A stretch of 64,000 nucleotides of DNA from the NCBI GenBank assembly GCA_028534125.1, contig CM052818.1, positions 43,402,001-43,466,000 of the forward strand, written 5' to 3'. Positions 12,206-25,170 of the stretch are shown in pieces. Position 1 is the stretch's first letter. Every line of letters starts with the position of its first letter. The notes beneath the pieces were generated by a model. The model did not search any database. It worked only from the letters and a program-made list of their open reading frames with translations, and was not told the origin of the DNA. This stretch comes from Lama glama. Lineage: Eukaryota. The translations under genes were made by a program, and so were the position numbers.

Positions 12206-13843
12206 TGAATGACAGATGGATCATCCAAAAGATGAAGTGTGTTAAAAATAAAACAGAAATTTGTCTTTAGTAATAATAATTCTTTTGTTCAATCAATAGC
12301 CTGGATTTTTAGGACTTGGTCACAGAGAAGTTGCTAAAATTAATTTTGAAGGTATTCTCTGATTCATAATTAAAAAAAAAGGAAATTTCTGATAAAGTAA
12401 TGATTTCATCAGTTACATTCACGTTCAGAGAAAAAGTCAGCATGGAATGTATGCAGAATAAACAACTAGTGTAAATATCAACCGAGTAGATACTTTTAAT
12501 TCCTCCATCTCAACACCCAGCCAAACACAAAAACACAAACACATGCAAAAGGGAACTTTAGGTGAGACTGAAGGTGAAGGTAAGAAGAAGCCTTTGGTAG
12601 GGGAGGGAAATTAGGATTCTTCATCCAATCTGTATTTACGTCTGTTTCTTTCTTTTCCAATAATGCTTTATTTGTTTTTTTTAATTCGAGCTGACATACA
12701 TTGAAATTCACTCTTTTTGGTGTGCAGATCTGCATTTTGACAAACTCATATAATCATGTACTGCCAGTATAATCAACATGCAGAATAGTTCCATCACCCC
12801 AGTGAGACTCTCCCATTTCATGTGGTCATCAAGCCATTCTGCTTTGTTTTCTGGGGCTTTACTAAATCCGTTTATTAATTTAAGAGCTGTTTTATGTAGC
12901 CTTCATGGATGATCATATGCTTTAAAATAAAAAATTTTCTTTCCTATGTATAATCTCTAAAATGATTTGTTTAAACATTTATTTATTAACTTTATTGCAC
13001 TGTCCAGCCCTCCAGTAGTAGTGTTAAGAGTGGATACCGTTTGCCGGGTCCCAGTCTCACCCAGACAGCACTCAGTCATCGAATAAAGTATGATGTTTGT
13101 TATGAGTTTTGCATAGGTGTTCTTTATCTAGTTGATAAAATATTCTATCCCTAAGGTATTGGAAGTTTTACTTTCTTGTTTGTTTTTATTTTGAGTCATG
13201 GATGGGTAGTAGGTTTTGTAAATTGTATCTACTAAGATGGTTGTATGGTTCACTTTTATTCTGGTCTGTTGAAAAGTTGAATTGTAATGACATTTTTTTG
13301 AATGTTGAAACAATTTTGAATTTCTAGGATAAATCTCATCTGACAATGATGTATTTTGAAAATATATTTTATATTCTTCTAGATTGTATTCATCAACATT
13401 TTGTTAAGGATTGTTTGTATCTTGGTTCATAAGGTATATTAGTTTGTAGTTTTCTTTCCTTGGAATGGCTAGTTTCGAAATTAGGGGAATGATGGCCTTA
13501 CCAAAAAAATGAGTTGTAAATTGTTTTTTTTTTTTAATTTTGTGGTTTAATTTAGTAGAATTGCTATCATTCTCCCTTATGCTTTTAAAGTTAATTACCA
13601 ATGAAGCCATGTGGGCCTGAGGCTTCATCTTGGGAGAGTGTTTAACTGAAAATTCAACTTATTAGTAAGAGTTTTTCTGTTTAGATTATCTGCTTCATCT
13701 TGAATAAGCTTTGTTGTCTTTCAAGAAATTGGTATTTTTTCCATATTATCAAAATATTGGCATAAAGTTATAATAATACTCTATTTTTATTGTCTGTAGG
13801 CTCTGTAGTGATGGCACCACTTTTAATCCTGATATTGGTGGTT

Positions 13844-13845
<2 letters not shown>

Positions 13846-13873
<28 letters not shown>
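13846..13873. repeat. (TG)n microsatellite
   Basis: about 14 TG units. Confidence 0.95.
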
Positions 13874-13877
<4 letters not shown>

Positions 13878-15589
13878 ACCTTATCAGCCTGGCTAGAGAT
13901 TTATCAGTTTTATTTATCTATTCAGTGAACTACTTTTGGTTACGTTGCATTGATATTTAATTATTTTTCTTAGTTTTTTTTAAATTGATTTTTGCTCTTA
14001 TTTTATTTCCTTCCTCCTGTTTGCTGTGGATTTAATTTGCCCCTCTCCTCCTCCTTCTCCTTTCTTCTCTCTCTTTTGCTCTCTCTCTCTCTCTAATGTT
14101 AGAAACTTCAAGTAGTGATTTAAGAACTTGGTTGTTTTTTAATGTAGATATTTAACTTTATAAAATTCCTGCTAAGCACTGCTTTGATTTCATCCCAAAC
14201 TTTATGTTGTTTTGTTTTTTGTTGTTGTTGTTCATTTTAATTTTTTTTTACTAAATTCCAAATAAATGTCTATTTCCCTGGCCATTTCTTTCTTGATCTA
14301 TGAATTATTTAGAGATAGATTCCTTAATTTCCAAAACCTCAGAGAATTTCTAAATATCTTTATGTTGCTGGTTTCTAATTTAATTCCACTGTGGTTAGAG
14401 AACATACTTTGTATAAATTCTATTATTTTAAATTTATTGAATTTTATTTTTTAATCAACTAAGATATAACTGAATATTCCATGCACACATTAAAAAATAA
14501 GTATTTTGATTTTTTTTCTATTACTCTTTTCAGTTCTGTCATTTTTTGGTTTTAATTCATTAATTTTAAAGTACAGTTGTTTGACACCTACACATCTTAC
14601 ATTGTATGTCTTCTTCACTGTTAATAGTTCTTTCTATGCAACATTGATATGGTTGGATTTTAATCTATCATTTCTAGTTGATTTCTTTTTGTCTCACTTA
14701 TTTTTGATCTTCACTTTCTGACTTTTTTTTGATTAATTGTGATTTGTTATGAATTCACCTATCTCCACTGACTAGTTACACACTTTAAAAAATTTTTCCA
14801 TGTTTACATATTTTAAAAATACATGACTTTAACTTATCACAATGAATCATCAAATGACATAATGCCACTTCATGTAGGATGAAAGAATCTTACAATATAT
14901 TTTATTCCCTCTCTCTTATCCTTTGAACTATTCTTTTTATGCAGTCTAATTCTGCATATGTTGTAAAGCAAAATATATTATTACTCTCTTTGCTTTAGAA
15001 AATCCATATTCTTTAAAGAATAAAAATAAGAATATGTATGTTATCTGTGTACATTTTTACCATGTATACTTCTCTTTTTTTCTATATATAGGTTCAAATT
15101 TACATCTGTCATATTTCTTCTGCCTGAACAAATTTTTTAACATTTGTTTTTATTAGGTTTACTAAAAATTGATTATCTTAGTTTTTGTTTGATGAAATAT
15201 TTCATCTTCATCTTTGAAAAATATTTTCACTGGGTATCGAATTCTGTGTTGGCAAATTATTTTTCCCTTTCTTCTAGTATTTAAGGATGTCATGCCATAT
15301 ATCTTATCTTTGTTCCTCTGTGTGTATTTTTTTTTCTTTCCTTCATGTTGGTTTCAAGATCCTCTCTTAACATTTGCTTCTGTGCAGTCAGACTACAATA
15401 TGCCTAGCTTTTTCCTCACTTTTTTTTTATTAATAATGTTTATATTTCTCTGAGCTCCTTTAAATCTGTGTTTGGTTGTCTTTTTTCTCCATTCTTTCAT
15501 TCTGCTCAAAAATTATCAACTATTATATTTGAAATATTTCTTTTGATCTGTCTCTTTTTCGTTTCTCAGTCTCTGTTGCTGGACATGTG

Positions 15590-15699
15590 ACAAATTCAAG
15601 TTTTGCTTCTGGAAACTTTCTGGAAATTTTTATATGTTTTTTGATCCACAGTTGGTTGAATCCATAGATGCAGAACCCATGGATACAGAGGGCTGACTG
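15590..15699 (+). mobile_element. MER2 (TcMar-Tigger MITE) terminal fragment nested in L1
   Basis: 'caaattcaagttttgcttctggaaactttctggaa...gatccacagttggttgaatccatagatgcagaacccatggatacagagggctgactg' matches the recalled MER2 end including one TIR. Confidence 0.8.
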
Positions 15700-16999
15700 G
15701 ATTTTAAAGTCCTGTGGGATAATTTCATCATTTCACCACTGAGTTATCTCTTGACAGTCATTTTTATTGGTTTTTTAACACATGTATCTTGGTATTTTTG
15801 ATTGAGTACAAAATTGTGTGTAGAAATTGAGACATTTATAACTGTTTATAACTGGAAATGGCCAGCTGTTTTCTTCTGTCCAGTCATTACTGTGCAAGAC
15901 TGGGTGAGTCTGATGACTAGTTGAGGGGAATTTGGGTTTTGTTGTTGTTCGTATTCTGTTCCCCCGCACTTCACATGCCTCCAGGTAGTAGACTTCTGTT
16001 GCTTATTATTCATTGTTAGGCTTGTGGTGCAGAGAGGAAATGCTTCTTAATCCAGCCTCTGTTTTTGGTAAGACCTGTGCTTCTGGGTTCAAGGTTGGAC
16101 CTTTAAGCATTCCTTCACTCTCTTCCTCTCAGAAGCCAGTACTTCCTTGCATCTGTCTTGGACCTTGGGCATGAGAAGATTTCTTGATTTTCCTCTAGTG
16201 GCCAGTAGCTTTTACTGCTACTTTCTTCCAAAACACAGCAGCAGCAACGGCAACAATAAGAAAAACCCTGGGTCTGCACTTGGTTTTCTGGGGCAGGCGG
16301 AGGGTTTCTGACGTCTGAAGGCAGAGGGTCCTGCTTGTGCCTCTCCGCCCATGCCTTTGTGAGGCAGAGGTTTGGGGGCCCCTCTTCCGGTGACTTAAAT
16401 CCTTTTCAATTAATATTTACTACTATCATTGATGCTTGAGAGAAGGGTTCAGGCAAGCGTTTGTGCCTCTCATCCACAGGACTGTGCACTGAGGGATGCT
16501 CCCCAGGTTTCTCTTGTCCCTGCTCTTTGGGTGAGTTCCCAAGACAGACCCATGGAAAAGAGCTTCTGAGCAAGTGTGAGCTCTCCCATGGCCAGTTCTA
16601 TTTTAAGCTGGCATGCTAGCCCACGTTTGGCCTTCAGAAGTTTGTTAAAGTTGCAGCTAATTTATTCTCACCTGCTTCTGTGGAGTCTGCTTCTTATTCT
16701 TCTTCCACTTGTCAGAGGTGAAACAGTTCACATATCCCTGCTCTCCTTGGAGGCATTTGGCCTCTCTGGAATTCAGTTCCCTGTGTGGCGTTGTGACCTT
16801 GCCTTTTTGATGAGGTCAATGGAAAGGATGGTTTTGTAGATTACCTGCTTTTCCTCATTCTTAGAATGGCAGTAACACTCTCTTGCATCTTTCTCCTCTT
16901 ACTCACAAGCAGAACTCTCCGTCGCCTCCAGGCCTTAAACTTATGTTGCAACTGAAGGCAAACTAAGGCTCTCATAGCTGTAAGGATTCATTTATTTTC

Positions 17000-17160
17000 T
17001 ATTTTGCTTATTGTCTATTTCCTCCTATTAGAATAAAAACAAATCCCTTAAAGACAGGGGTTTGTTTCAGTTTTATTTATTGCTACTCTACTGGGAGCAC
17101 TTGGAAAACAAATCTGCCACAAAGTTATTTCTTAATAAATGTTATTAAATAAATGAATAT
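17000..17160 (+). mobile_element. L2 3' end
   Basis: 'tgtctatttcctcctattagaat...aaagacagggg...cttaataaatgttattaaataaatgaat'. Confidence 0.6.
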
Positions 17161-17164
17161 TTAA

Positions 17165-17550
17165 TAACATATAGTTGAATGAGGCATTACATATGTTTTT
17201 ATATTGTGTCCTCAAAAATATTTAATATAGGTAATATTATATCCCATATTTTAGAAGAGAAAAGTGATTTTCAAAGATATTAAATACATTGACCTGCATA
17301 ACATAGTTTTAGTTGGCAGGGAGGGAGGATAGAACAAGAGTATTTGTATCAGGCATAACTGGGTTTGAATGCTGATTCTGTTTACCACCTTTGATGGTTT
17401 GAGAAGGTCACTTAAATTTTTCAGCCTTCAGTATTCTCTTCTTTAGATGAGGCTAATAACTTCCTCCTCTAAAACGCTGAAGGCCTAATGGAAACATTAT
17501 TTAAAGCAACTGTCACAAAGTAAGAACTCAACAGCTGTGAGTATGACTCC
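17165..17550. mobile_element. Two adjacent MIRs (minus ~17165-17320, plus ~17340-17550)
   Basis: 'ggtaatattatatcccatattttagaagagaaaagtga' (minus core) and 'gggtttgaatgctgattctg...aaggtcacttaaatttttcagccttcagt' (plus core). Confidence 0.6.
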
Positions 17551-19214
17551 TGATATTCCTAATATTAGTTTTGTTTTTGTATCGTTCTTATCATCTGAAG
17601 CTTGATTTTATTTTCTCTGATCCTAAATCCTGAACAGATTTTACTTTATTATGCCACCCTTAAATGTGAAATGTTTGAGGTGAAGAATAATCTAAATTTG
17701 CAGAATCAGAGTCTGGACGGATCTTAGCACGGACTTAAGAGAACTGGCTGCTGTCTGCTCTCTGACCCAGAAGGCAAGCTTAACCCTCCTTTGTGCTAAA
17801 TTGAAATATTAATAAGTATGAGTAACCTATGCAAAATTATCAATAATAGAATGGTTTTATATTTAAACCTTCAACAACTGATTTTGAGGAAATAATACCG
17901 TTACGCTTTTCTAAACAGACATGTTTCTAAAAACGTACTTGATAAAACGCATAGCATTGAGGAGAGTGTCAGGGATGATAATGATGAGTACACAAATAAA
18001 ATATCAGGAAGGACTTTCTGGGCTATGCTGGTTTAGGTTCGATTGTCAGGGTGATGGGAATATGGAAAGGATTAAGAGGGAGTCATAGATTTACATATTT
18101 TAAATTTATCTCTCTCAGCAGAATGGAGTGCTGTTAGGCATGGAGTTATAAAGAGTTCATTCAAATTAAAATGTTTCATTGTTTCACGTTGTTTGAGACG
18201 TGGAACTTTGTATGTCTAGGGAGTGACATGACAGACAGGAAAATTGATGGCAGCAAAAAGAAACATCATGAAAGTTGTAATATAAATTGAGTTACTAATG
18301 CAATATTGATCACATTGACTAAGAAAGGAAATCACCTTTCTGTTCATCTGTGTAAGTTTTCTGGGTTGCTTAGGTCTGTTGCCCAACATGCATCATTTTA
18401 TCCATTTCAAAGAATGATAGATCTTTCTGTGCCACTTAAAAAAAATACAGATTCTTTTTCTCTGCATGCAAATTGCATGGTGATGATAAGAAGTTTTGAA
18501 AGTATCTTAGTGGTGACAAAACACATTTTTCTTATTTGAAATAGAATTCTGTAGGGATTTACTTTTTGTCTCTATGGAAAACAGCCCGAGGCATTATGTG
18601 CTAACTTACTGACTGACATCTATTTTTGAGAGTCCATTAGCCAAGGAAACTCAGGCTGAAAACGAGTGTTTTCTTTTTCTATTTTGTTATATGTTTAAAA
18701 ATAAGTGAAGCTATTTTGAAAGTTAGAAAGATATCATAGCTAAAAGTAATCTCGTATATCATCAAAGAAGTCTTACTTACTTTATAGCTGAGAAATCTAA
18801 GGCCTAAACTGAGAAACAGCATGACCAGTGCCACATAATTATTGTGTTCATTGTACAACATCATTGGCTCGATGTTATCCTGAGTGTCCTGAACGCCACA
18901 TCAGTATGCTTTAAATTATAGCTTACTGAATTTGAGTGAATCTTTCATAAATTATTTATCATGTGGAAACAAATGTGTTATTTCATTTGGTAGTTTAAAA
19001 TCTAAATTAATAACTTTTTTGTGTTTAAAATAATGATTTATCTGTCATTATGCTAATATAAATTATTTTATTTTTAACATTATCATTTGTAACTTCCTAA
19101 TTACAGAAGTCCTGTAAAATAATGGAAAATAAATTAAGTAACTTGTGTACAGCATATAAAGAGAAAATAAAGACTGTCCAAATGCCACTATTCAGAAGAA
19201 ACAAAATTCACACT

Positions 19215-19340
19215 TAGGACAAATAACATTGACATTCAGTGGGACTCAAATTTTAATAAGACATGAACCCTTTCCTCAAGGAAGTCACTATCTGATAGTG
19301 AGACAGACACTAAGTGAATAATTAAGCTGTTTTATTATAA
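19215..19340 (-). mobile_element. L2 fragment
   Basis: 'aataagacatgaaccctttcctcaaggaagtcactatctgatagtgagacagac'. Confidence 0.55.
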
Positions 19341-19619
19341 TTGAAATAATAGAACAGTAGTGAGAAAAGACATTTTTGGAATATCAATTTTATTGAGCAG
19401 GTGAAAAAACCTAGCCTACATGATATACTTAGGATGTAGGGTGCTTAGTTAGGTGGTTAAATAATATTACAAAAAGATTCTACAATTAGGAACTTATACC
19501 TAATAGATTGCACACCTAATAAAATGAATTATTAATAAAGGAGGTCTGCTCTCAGCTTAGACACTGATTAGAAAATAACTTTTGGGTCGAAGTGTATGAA
19601 TATAAGCTTTCCCAATGGA

Positions 19620-20450
19620 CAGATAACAATAGAGAGCAAAATATTTAAAGAACCTGTAAAACCTCAGAAGTACAAAACAAACAACTCTCCACCGCCAAAA
19701 ACTACAATGGCAAAAACTTAAGCAGATATTTCACCAAAGAAGACATATGGCAATTAATCATATGAAAAGGTGCTCAGTATCACTAGCTATTTGAGAAATG
19801 CAAAATAAAACCTCAGTGGAATGTTATTACACACTGATTAACTTTGCTACAATAAATTAATCCTCACAAAACCAAGTGTTGGCATGGCTTTGGAAAAACT
19901 AAAAATTCTAACACATTGGTGATGGCAATGCAAAATGGTACAGCCACTCTGGAAAACAGTTTGGCACTTCTAATATGATATTGATTGTACTATATTCTTA
20001 GTCACACAAAACTAGAGGCAACCCAAACGTAGTTCAGTGGGTGACTGGATAAATAATCTGTGGTGTATCCATAAACTACCACCGTTTGACAGTGGAAAGG
20101 AATTAACTCTGAGGATGCACTCGACAGGGTGAATGAATGTCAAAGGCATGCTGAGTGAAAGAACCCAGCCACAAATGTTTCCAAACTGTATAATATCATT
20201 TATATGACATTCTAGAATAAGTGAAACTGTAAGTATGGAGTACAGATCAGTGGTTTTGAAATGTTAGAGGCAAGAATGATTTGACTCCAAGAGGTAGCAC
20301 CAAGGAACTTTTTTTCTCGTGATGAAACTGTTCTGCATCTTGATTGTGATGGATCTTAGGAAAAAAAACAAAACAAAACCTATGTGCAGGTTGAACTCAT
20401 AGAATTGTGCACTAAAAAAGTCTGTTTCATTATATGTAAACTTATTAATT
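19620..20450 (+). mobile_element. Old L1 3' portion (L1MC/L1ME-type)
   Basis: ORF2 C-terminal-like 'gcagatatttcaccaaagaagacata...aaaaggtgctcagtatcactag...aaaatggtacagccactctggaaaacagtttggca' then 3'UTR. Confidence 0.85.
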
Positions 20451-20499
20451 ATAATAACATGAAACTATACTGTTATAATAATACACAACTAATTCAATG

Positions 20500-21160
20500 A
20501 CAATCTAAAACATATGATCACACTAAATGCTGTAGAGGATGTAGAAGAACTCTCATAATTTCTGAAGAAATGTAAACTTTTGGAAAATAGTTTTATATTT
20601 ATTAAAGCTAAACATAAGCCAACATATAATCCAACATTACTACTCCTAGACATATACCTGAGAGAAATGTGTATGTCAACCAAAAGGCACATACAAGAAT
20701 GTCCATAGCAGCTTTACTCACAATAGCCAAAATGTGGAAACGACTTAAAGAACAAATAAAGAATGTCTAAATAAAGTGAAATAAGTTTCCATAGTGGAGC
20801 ACTACACAGCAGTAAAAATGAGTGAGCTATGATAACGCACATTTTGTTCAACCTCACAGACATGATGTTGAGTGGAAGAGTACAATCACAAACGAGTGCA
20901 TTCATGTAATTCACTAGCTAAGTATCGCAAAGACAGGAAAAACTAACCTCTGACAACAGAAATAAGAGCAGGAGTTCCCTCAAATTATTGAGTGAGATGG
21001 GACAGGCGGGGTCTAGGTCTGCCTGGGGTGATGAAGATCTTCTATATCTCAGTCTGAGTAGTGAGCACATGAACACATACATACAAAATTTAGTTGAGTT
21101 ATGTGTTTAAGATTTGTGTACGTCACTGTATGTATGTTATACCTCAGTCTTTAAAATAAT
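20500..21160 (+). mobile_element. Second old L1 3' end (L1MB/L1ME-type) in tandem
   Basis: 'gaggatgtagaagaactctcat...acaagaatgtccatagcagctttactcacaatagccaaaa...tgtatgtatgttatacctcagt'. Confidence 0.8.
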
Positions 21161-21789
21161 ATTATTTCAAAAACCAAAGAAAAGGAAACAGGAAAATAAA
21201 AAAGAAAGGAAAGGAAAAGATAAGAAAAAGTATTTTCAGGTATTCCTTTTTATAGAACTCTTATTCAATTACTTCTAATTTAAATGCTGATCCTAGAGGT
21301 AGATAAAATTAGTGAACCTCCAGCTGATCTGGGCATGTTATTTATTCTGCACAGATATTTAATTATCCCACAACCTCAGGTATTTGTCATTTGTTGGTAG
21401 ATTCACATTAATGTATGAGTCAGTCTGCCAATTAAGTGATTTAATATGGAACATAGTCTTCCTGAGAAACTAGAGTCCTGTGTGCAGTTCATCACCAGCC
21501 CTCTTTTATGTCCAGCGTCTGAAGAGTAATTTGATGGTGTCCTTGCATAGCTCATGCATAACTCAAGGGGGCACGTTCACATCACAGGTCGAAGGCAATT
21601 TCATCCTCTCATTCTCTTGTACAGAACAGTGGTTCTGGGTTGTCTGATAAAGAAAATATGATGATTTAGAGAATATTTTGCCCAAGATCTGGCGAAGCTG
21701 ATGATTATTAAACTTGCTGTCACCATCAACTCCTTCTAAGATCTCCCCCGCACTGCAGAGGAAAAACCAAGGAACGTATCAGCTATCTT

Positions 21790-22103
21790 CTTTGGTCCCC
21801 ATTATGAGGCACAGGTGTGAGATTTGCAATGCAGAAGGGAAGCAGGGGTCCCAATTCTGTTGAGCAATTTATGGGCAAACACACATGCAGAGGGCTCGTG
21901 AAGGGTACACGCAGCTTCTGGAGGGGTTCCTGAGAGCCTCCCACCTTGGTGCTGAAGAGATCCTAGACACGGGCCTCCAGGACCTTTGCTCCACTAAACT
22001 TGTAAATGGTTGTGTAGATATTGAATTCTTTCTATTACAACCTCTCATTCCCTGAATACACAGAATGGCTTCTGTTTTCCTGATAAAAGCACTTACTGAA
22101 ACA
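21790..22103 (+). mobile_element. Ancient ERVL-type LTR (LTR33-like)
   Basis: 'gtgagatttgcaatgcagaagggaag' and 3' end 'gaatggcttctgttttcctga...actgaaaca'. Confidence 0.5.
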
Positions 22104-22809
22104 TTTCCCAACAGTAGACACTAATTCTCCAATGCTTTGGTCGTTTGCTTTTACACAGATTTAGCATCTTTCTTTCATGGATTCACGACGATGAAATTCT
22201 TTCTGGGAAATCAAATTATTTGAAGGTTTTTTAGTAAAGTATCCTCTTGTTAAAGAAAGTACCATAGACTAAGTTATAAATTATTGCAAGTAATTTCTGT
22301 ATTCTGGAAATACTTATTGGTTTCTAACTTTACATTTGGCACTGTGCTAGTGAAAATCAAACAAACAATTTTAATAAGATAAAGTACAATTTTGAGAAGC
22401 CAAAATAGGAAGACCTCATCTAAGGTAGAAGAAGCCTTTCCGGAGGAAAGGACACTTAAAATGACAAGTGGAATTGATGTTAGTTTAGTGAAGTCAGAAA
22501 TTGGAATATTACAGGTTTCTTCTGCAAGACAGATACCTCATTTCTTCCCAGACAATACCTGTAGATTAATTCAAAACAACCATCACAAATACGGGAAAGT
22601 TTCTGTTATAACCTACAAACATACATGTTTTTAAAATATTGGTTTTACAAGGAAGAAATGTATTTAAGACAGGGACATAATATTGAACGTATTTGCACAT
22701 TGCCCATGTTGCACTGATTATAAATTTAGGCATACTCTCTGACAGGTGTCTAGGTTATGGACTGTCAACAGGACATAATTTCAAAATACATCTGTCTCCA
22801 AAGATGGCT

Positions 22810-23070
22810 GATAAGTTTTAGGGTGTTATTAGCCACTGCTGGTTAAATACCATCTCCTTGTCTGGTGCCATGTTCGACACTCTGTGTTTGTTATCGAATC
22901 TTATTTTATCCTTGGAACAATCATATAAGTAGGCATTAATTTTACTGAGAAATATGAAGCTAAAGAAATTATACAACTTGGCAGCTGACACAGATCTAGT
23001 AAACAGCAGGCAGGTGAGTGAGCTTAGTTCTGGCTCCAAGGTCTAGGTTACTGTCGCTACACAACAGTTC
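22810..23070 (-). mobile_element. MIR SINE
   Basis: 'taggcattaattttactgagaaatatgaagctaaagaaattatacaacttggcagctgacacagatctagtaa'. Confidence 0.65.
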
Positions 23071-23184
23071 CCAAGACGCTACCGCATGTTCCTGGATCTC
23101 TGGTAACTGATGTGAAGCAACAGACTTCTCTTTTAAATTCCTGCGAGTTAGACTATCTTCATAATTTCTCTAAGAAATAACATT

Positions 23185-23400
23185 TCTGAAACTGTATCAT
23201 GTACTAGGCCTTATGTTAGCCATTGTATAAACACTGTATTATTTTATTGTCAAGCATTCTGAGTGAACATTACTTTTACTGTAAGGAAGGATTAGCAACT
23301 TAGGGGGATAAAAATCCTATCAAGTACCAGTTAGTACCAATGGGAGTTTGGATTTGACATTCAGCTAATTAGGCTTGGACTGAACCCTTTAGCTTTCTTC
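23185..23400 (-). mobile_element. MIR SINE, degenerate
   Basis: 'catgtactaggccttatgttagccattgtataaacact...gggagtttggatttgac'. Confidence 0.5.
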
Positions 23401-24709
23401 AACTGTCCAAAAGGCTTGATCTCCAGCAGAAAAACCTAAGAGAGTTTTGGTAGGTAATACATATTCAAGTAAGAGTAAATTTCTCAGTGACAGAATATTT
23501 AATTCAATGTGTTAAAGAAACTGGTAATTCATTCTGGCAAGTTGCTGAAATAATACATCAGATTGGGCTTTGAGATTTAAATTAACATACACTAGAAATT
23601 AAATATAGGTGTTACAGCTGAGATAGGAAACTATATAAACAAACCCAAGTTTGAGTTATGAATACCAGTGGCAAATGTGACACCAGCTGAAACCTTCACA
23701 ATCAGGTACCCTAGTATATCAAGGCACACCATCTGGCTTTATGGAATAATAACTAAAATTTTAGAATTGCTGGAAAGTTATTCTGGTCTCTGGCCCCATG
23801 ATGGAGGTTAGGCCATAGTTGGAAGACAAGAAAACAAAAAACAAAACCCTCTTAGTTTTCTAGACAATAGAGGAATGATAATACAAGAGAAAAGACATTT
23901 TTTATAGCTGGAAAGCACCTGCAAAATCATCAGGTGAAGCCATCTTATTTAAAAAATGTGAAATTGGAGACCAAGAGAAGATGGAAAACATATCCAAAAT
24001 CGCAGGGCTTAATAGGTGTAATAATTAAGGTCTCCTTTTCTCAGCCCAGTGACTGATGTCCTACAGACTACACATTAGTGTGGCTGAGGGTGAGCCTAAG
24101 CTAGGCGTTACAACTTCCAAGAAATCTTTATTGACTTTATGCACATAGAGACAATCACGCTACACAATGAGAAGTGCCTTTCCAGCTCAGACTGCAAAAG
24201 AAGTGACTCTTCTTACCAGACACTATTTAAAGTTCCCTTTTACTTCCACAACTTCAGTGATACGCTGATCATGACAGAGACAAATGCAACCAGAAAGAGG
24301 GAACATGCGTGTGTTGAGAAGCATCCTGATTTAGAGAGGAAGAGACTGATGTAAAAATGAAGTTCCACTCACCTGTTCCACAGATTAATAAATGAGAAAG
24401 AATCAACACTTTGCATAGGACATTGTTGATAGTTAAAATATAGTGTGGAGATTCAGTTAAAGAATTTTGGGTGCTTCAATTTGTAGTTGAAGTAAGTGAG
24501 TAAACAAATACTGAAATATACTAAAAAGGAGCACTGAAACAAAAAGTCACATCCTCATCCAAGCTCTGAAGACTGAAAAGAAGACAGCAGAGATTTTCTG
24601 GAATTTGGAAGACAAATGAACAAGATTACTTTAGAAAAAATAACTCCTGTGCAAATGTAATTACACATTTATTATTGAGTTAGAAAGAGAAATGATATCA
24701 AAGTTCACT

Positions 24710-25170
24710 TGTCTTAATTTAGGATCACCAAAAACAATCTGAAAACAAAAACCTGGATGCAGATAGATTTGGCAGGAGGTGTTGGAGGAATAACTGGAGA
24801 CAGTGAGACAAGAAAGGATAAGATTCCAATATGAGGTGTATAACAGCTATTCCATTTGTAGGCAGCATGAGATCTCTGACAATCACAGGGAATACTTCTC
24901 AGAACTGTCTGCCTAAAAGGCTGTAGCCTTTATCCACTGGCTGCAGTAATGATTTAAGGTTGCCCTTGGGATGCTAACTCCCTGCATTTACAGATGACAT
25001 TTATCATTGGAGAAGACCCTGGAAAAGAATGCGGAAAGGTGGTCCAGGTGAATGTGAGATGAGTCATTGGCAAGAGGGAGTGAATCTGAACCCTTCAGAG
25101 CAGTGCCTTGTAGCTGTGGATGCAGGTGAGGGGTGTGTCACTCTGCACCAGAGGTATATGGATACAGTGC
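24710..25170 (-). mobile_element. Ancient ERVL LTR (LTR16-like)
   Basis: 'tgtcttaatttaggatcaccaaaaacaatctga...ggatgcagatagatttggcaggagg...tttatccactggct...ggttgcccttggg...taactccctgca' follows the recalled LTR16 layout. Confidence 0.55.

Larger units (their letters stand above)
12660..16910 (-). mobile_element. Old L1 (L1M4/L1MD/L1ME-type) with 3' terminus, ORF2/ORF1 relics and 5' end
   Basis: 3' terminus 'gagctgacatacattgaaattcactctttttggtgtgcag' at ~12690; antisense ORF2 ('ctaatttaattccactgtggttagagaacatactttgtat'); 5'-end motif 'ctctggaattcagttc...gtagattacctgc' at ~16760-16900. Confidence 0.8.
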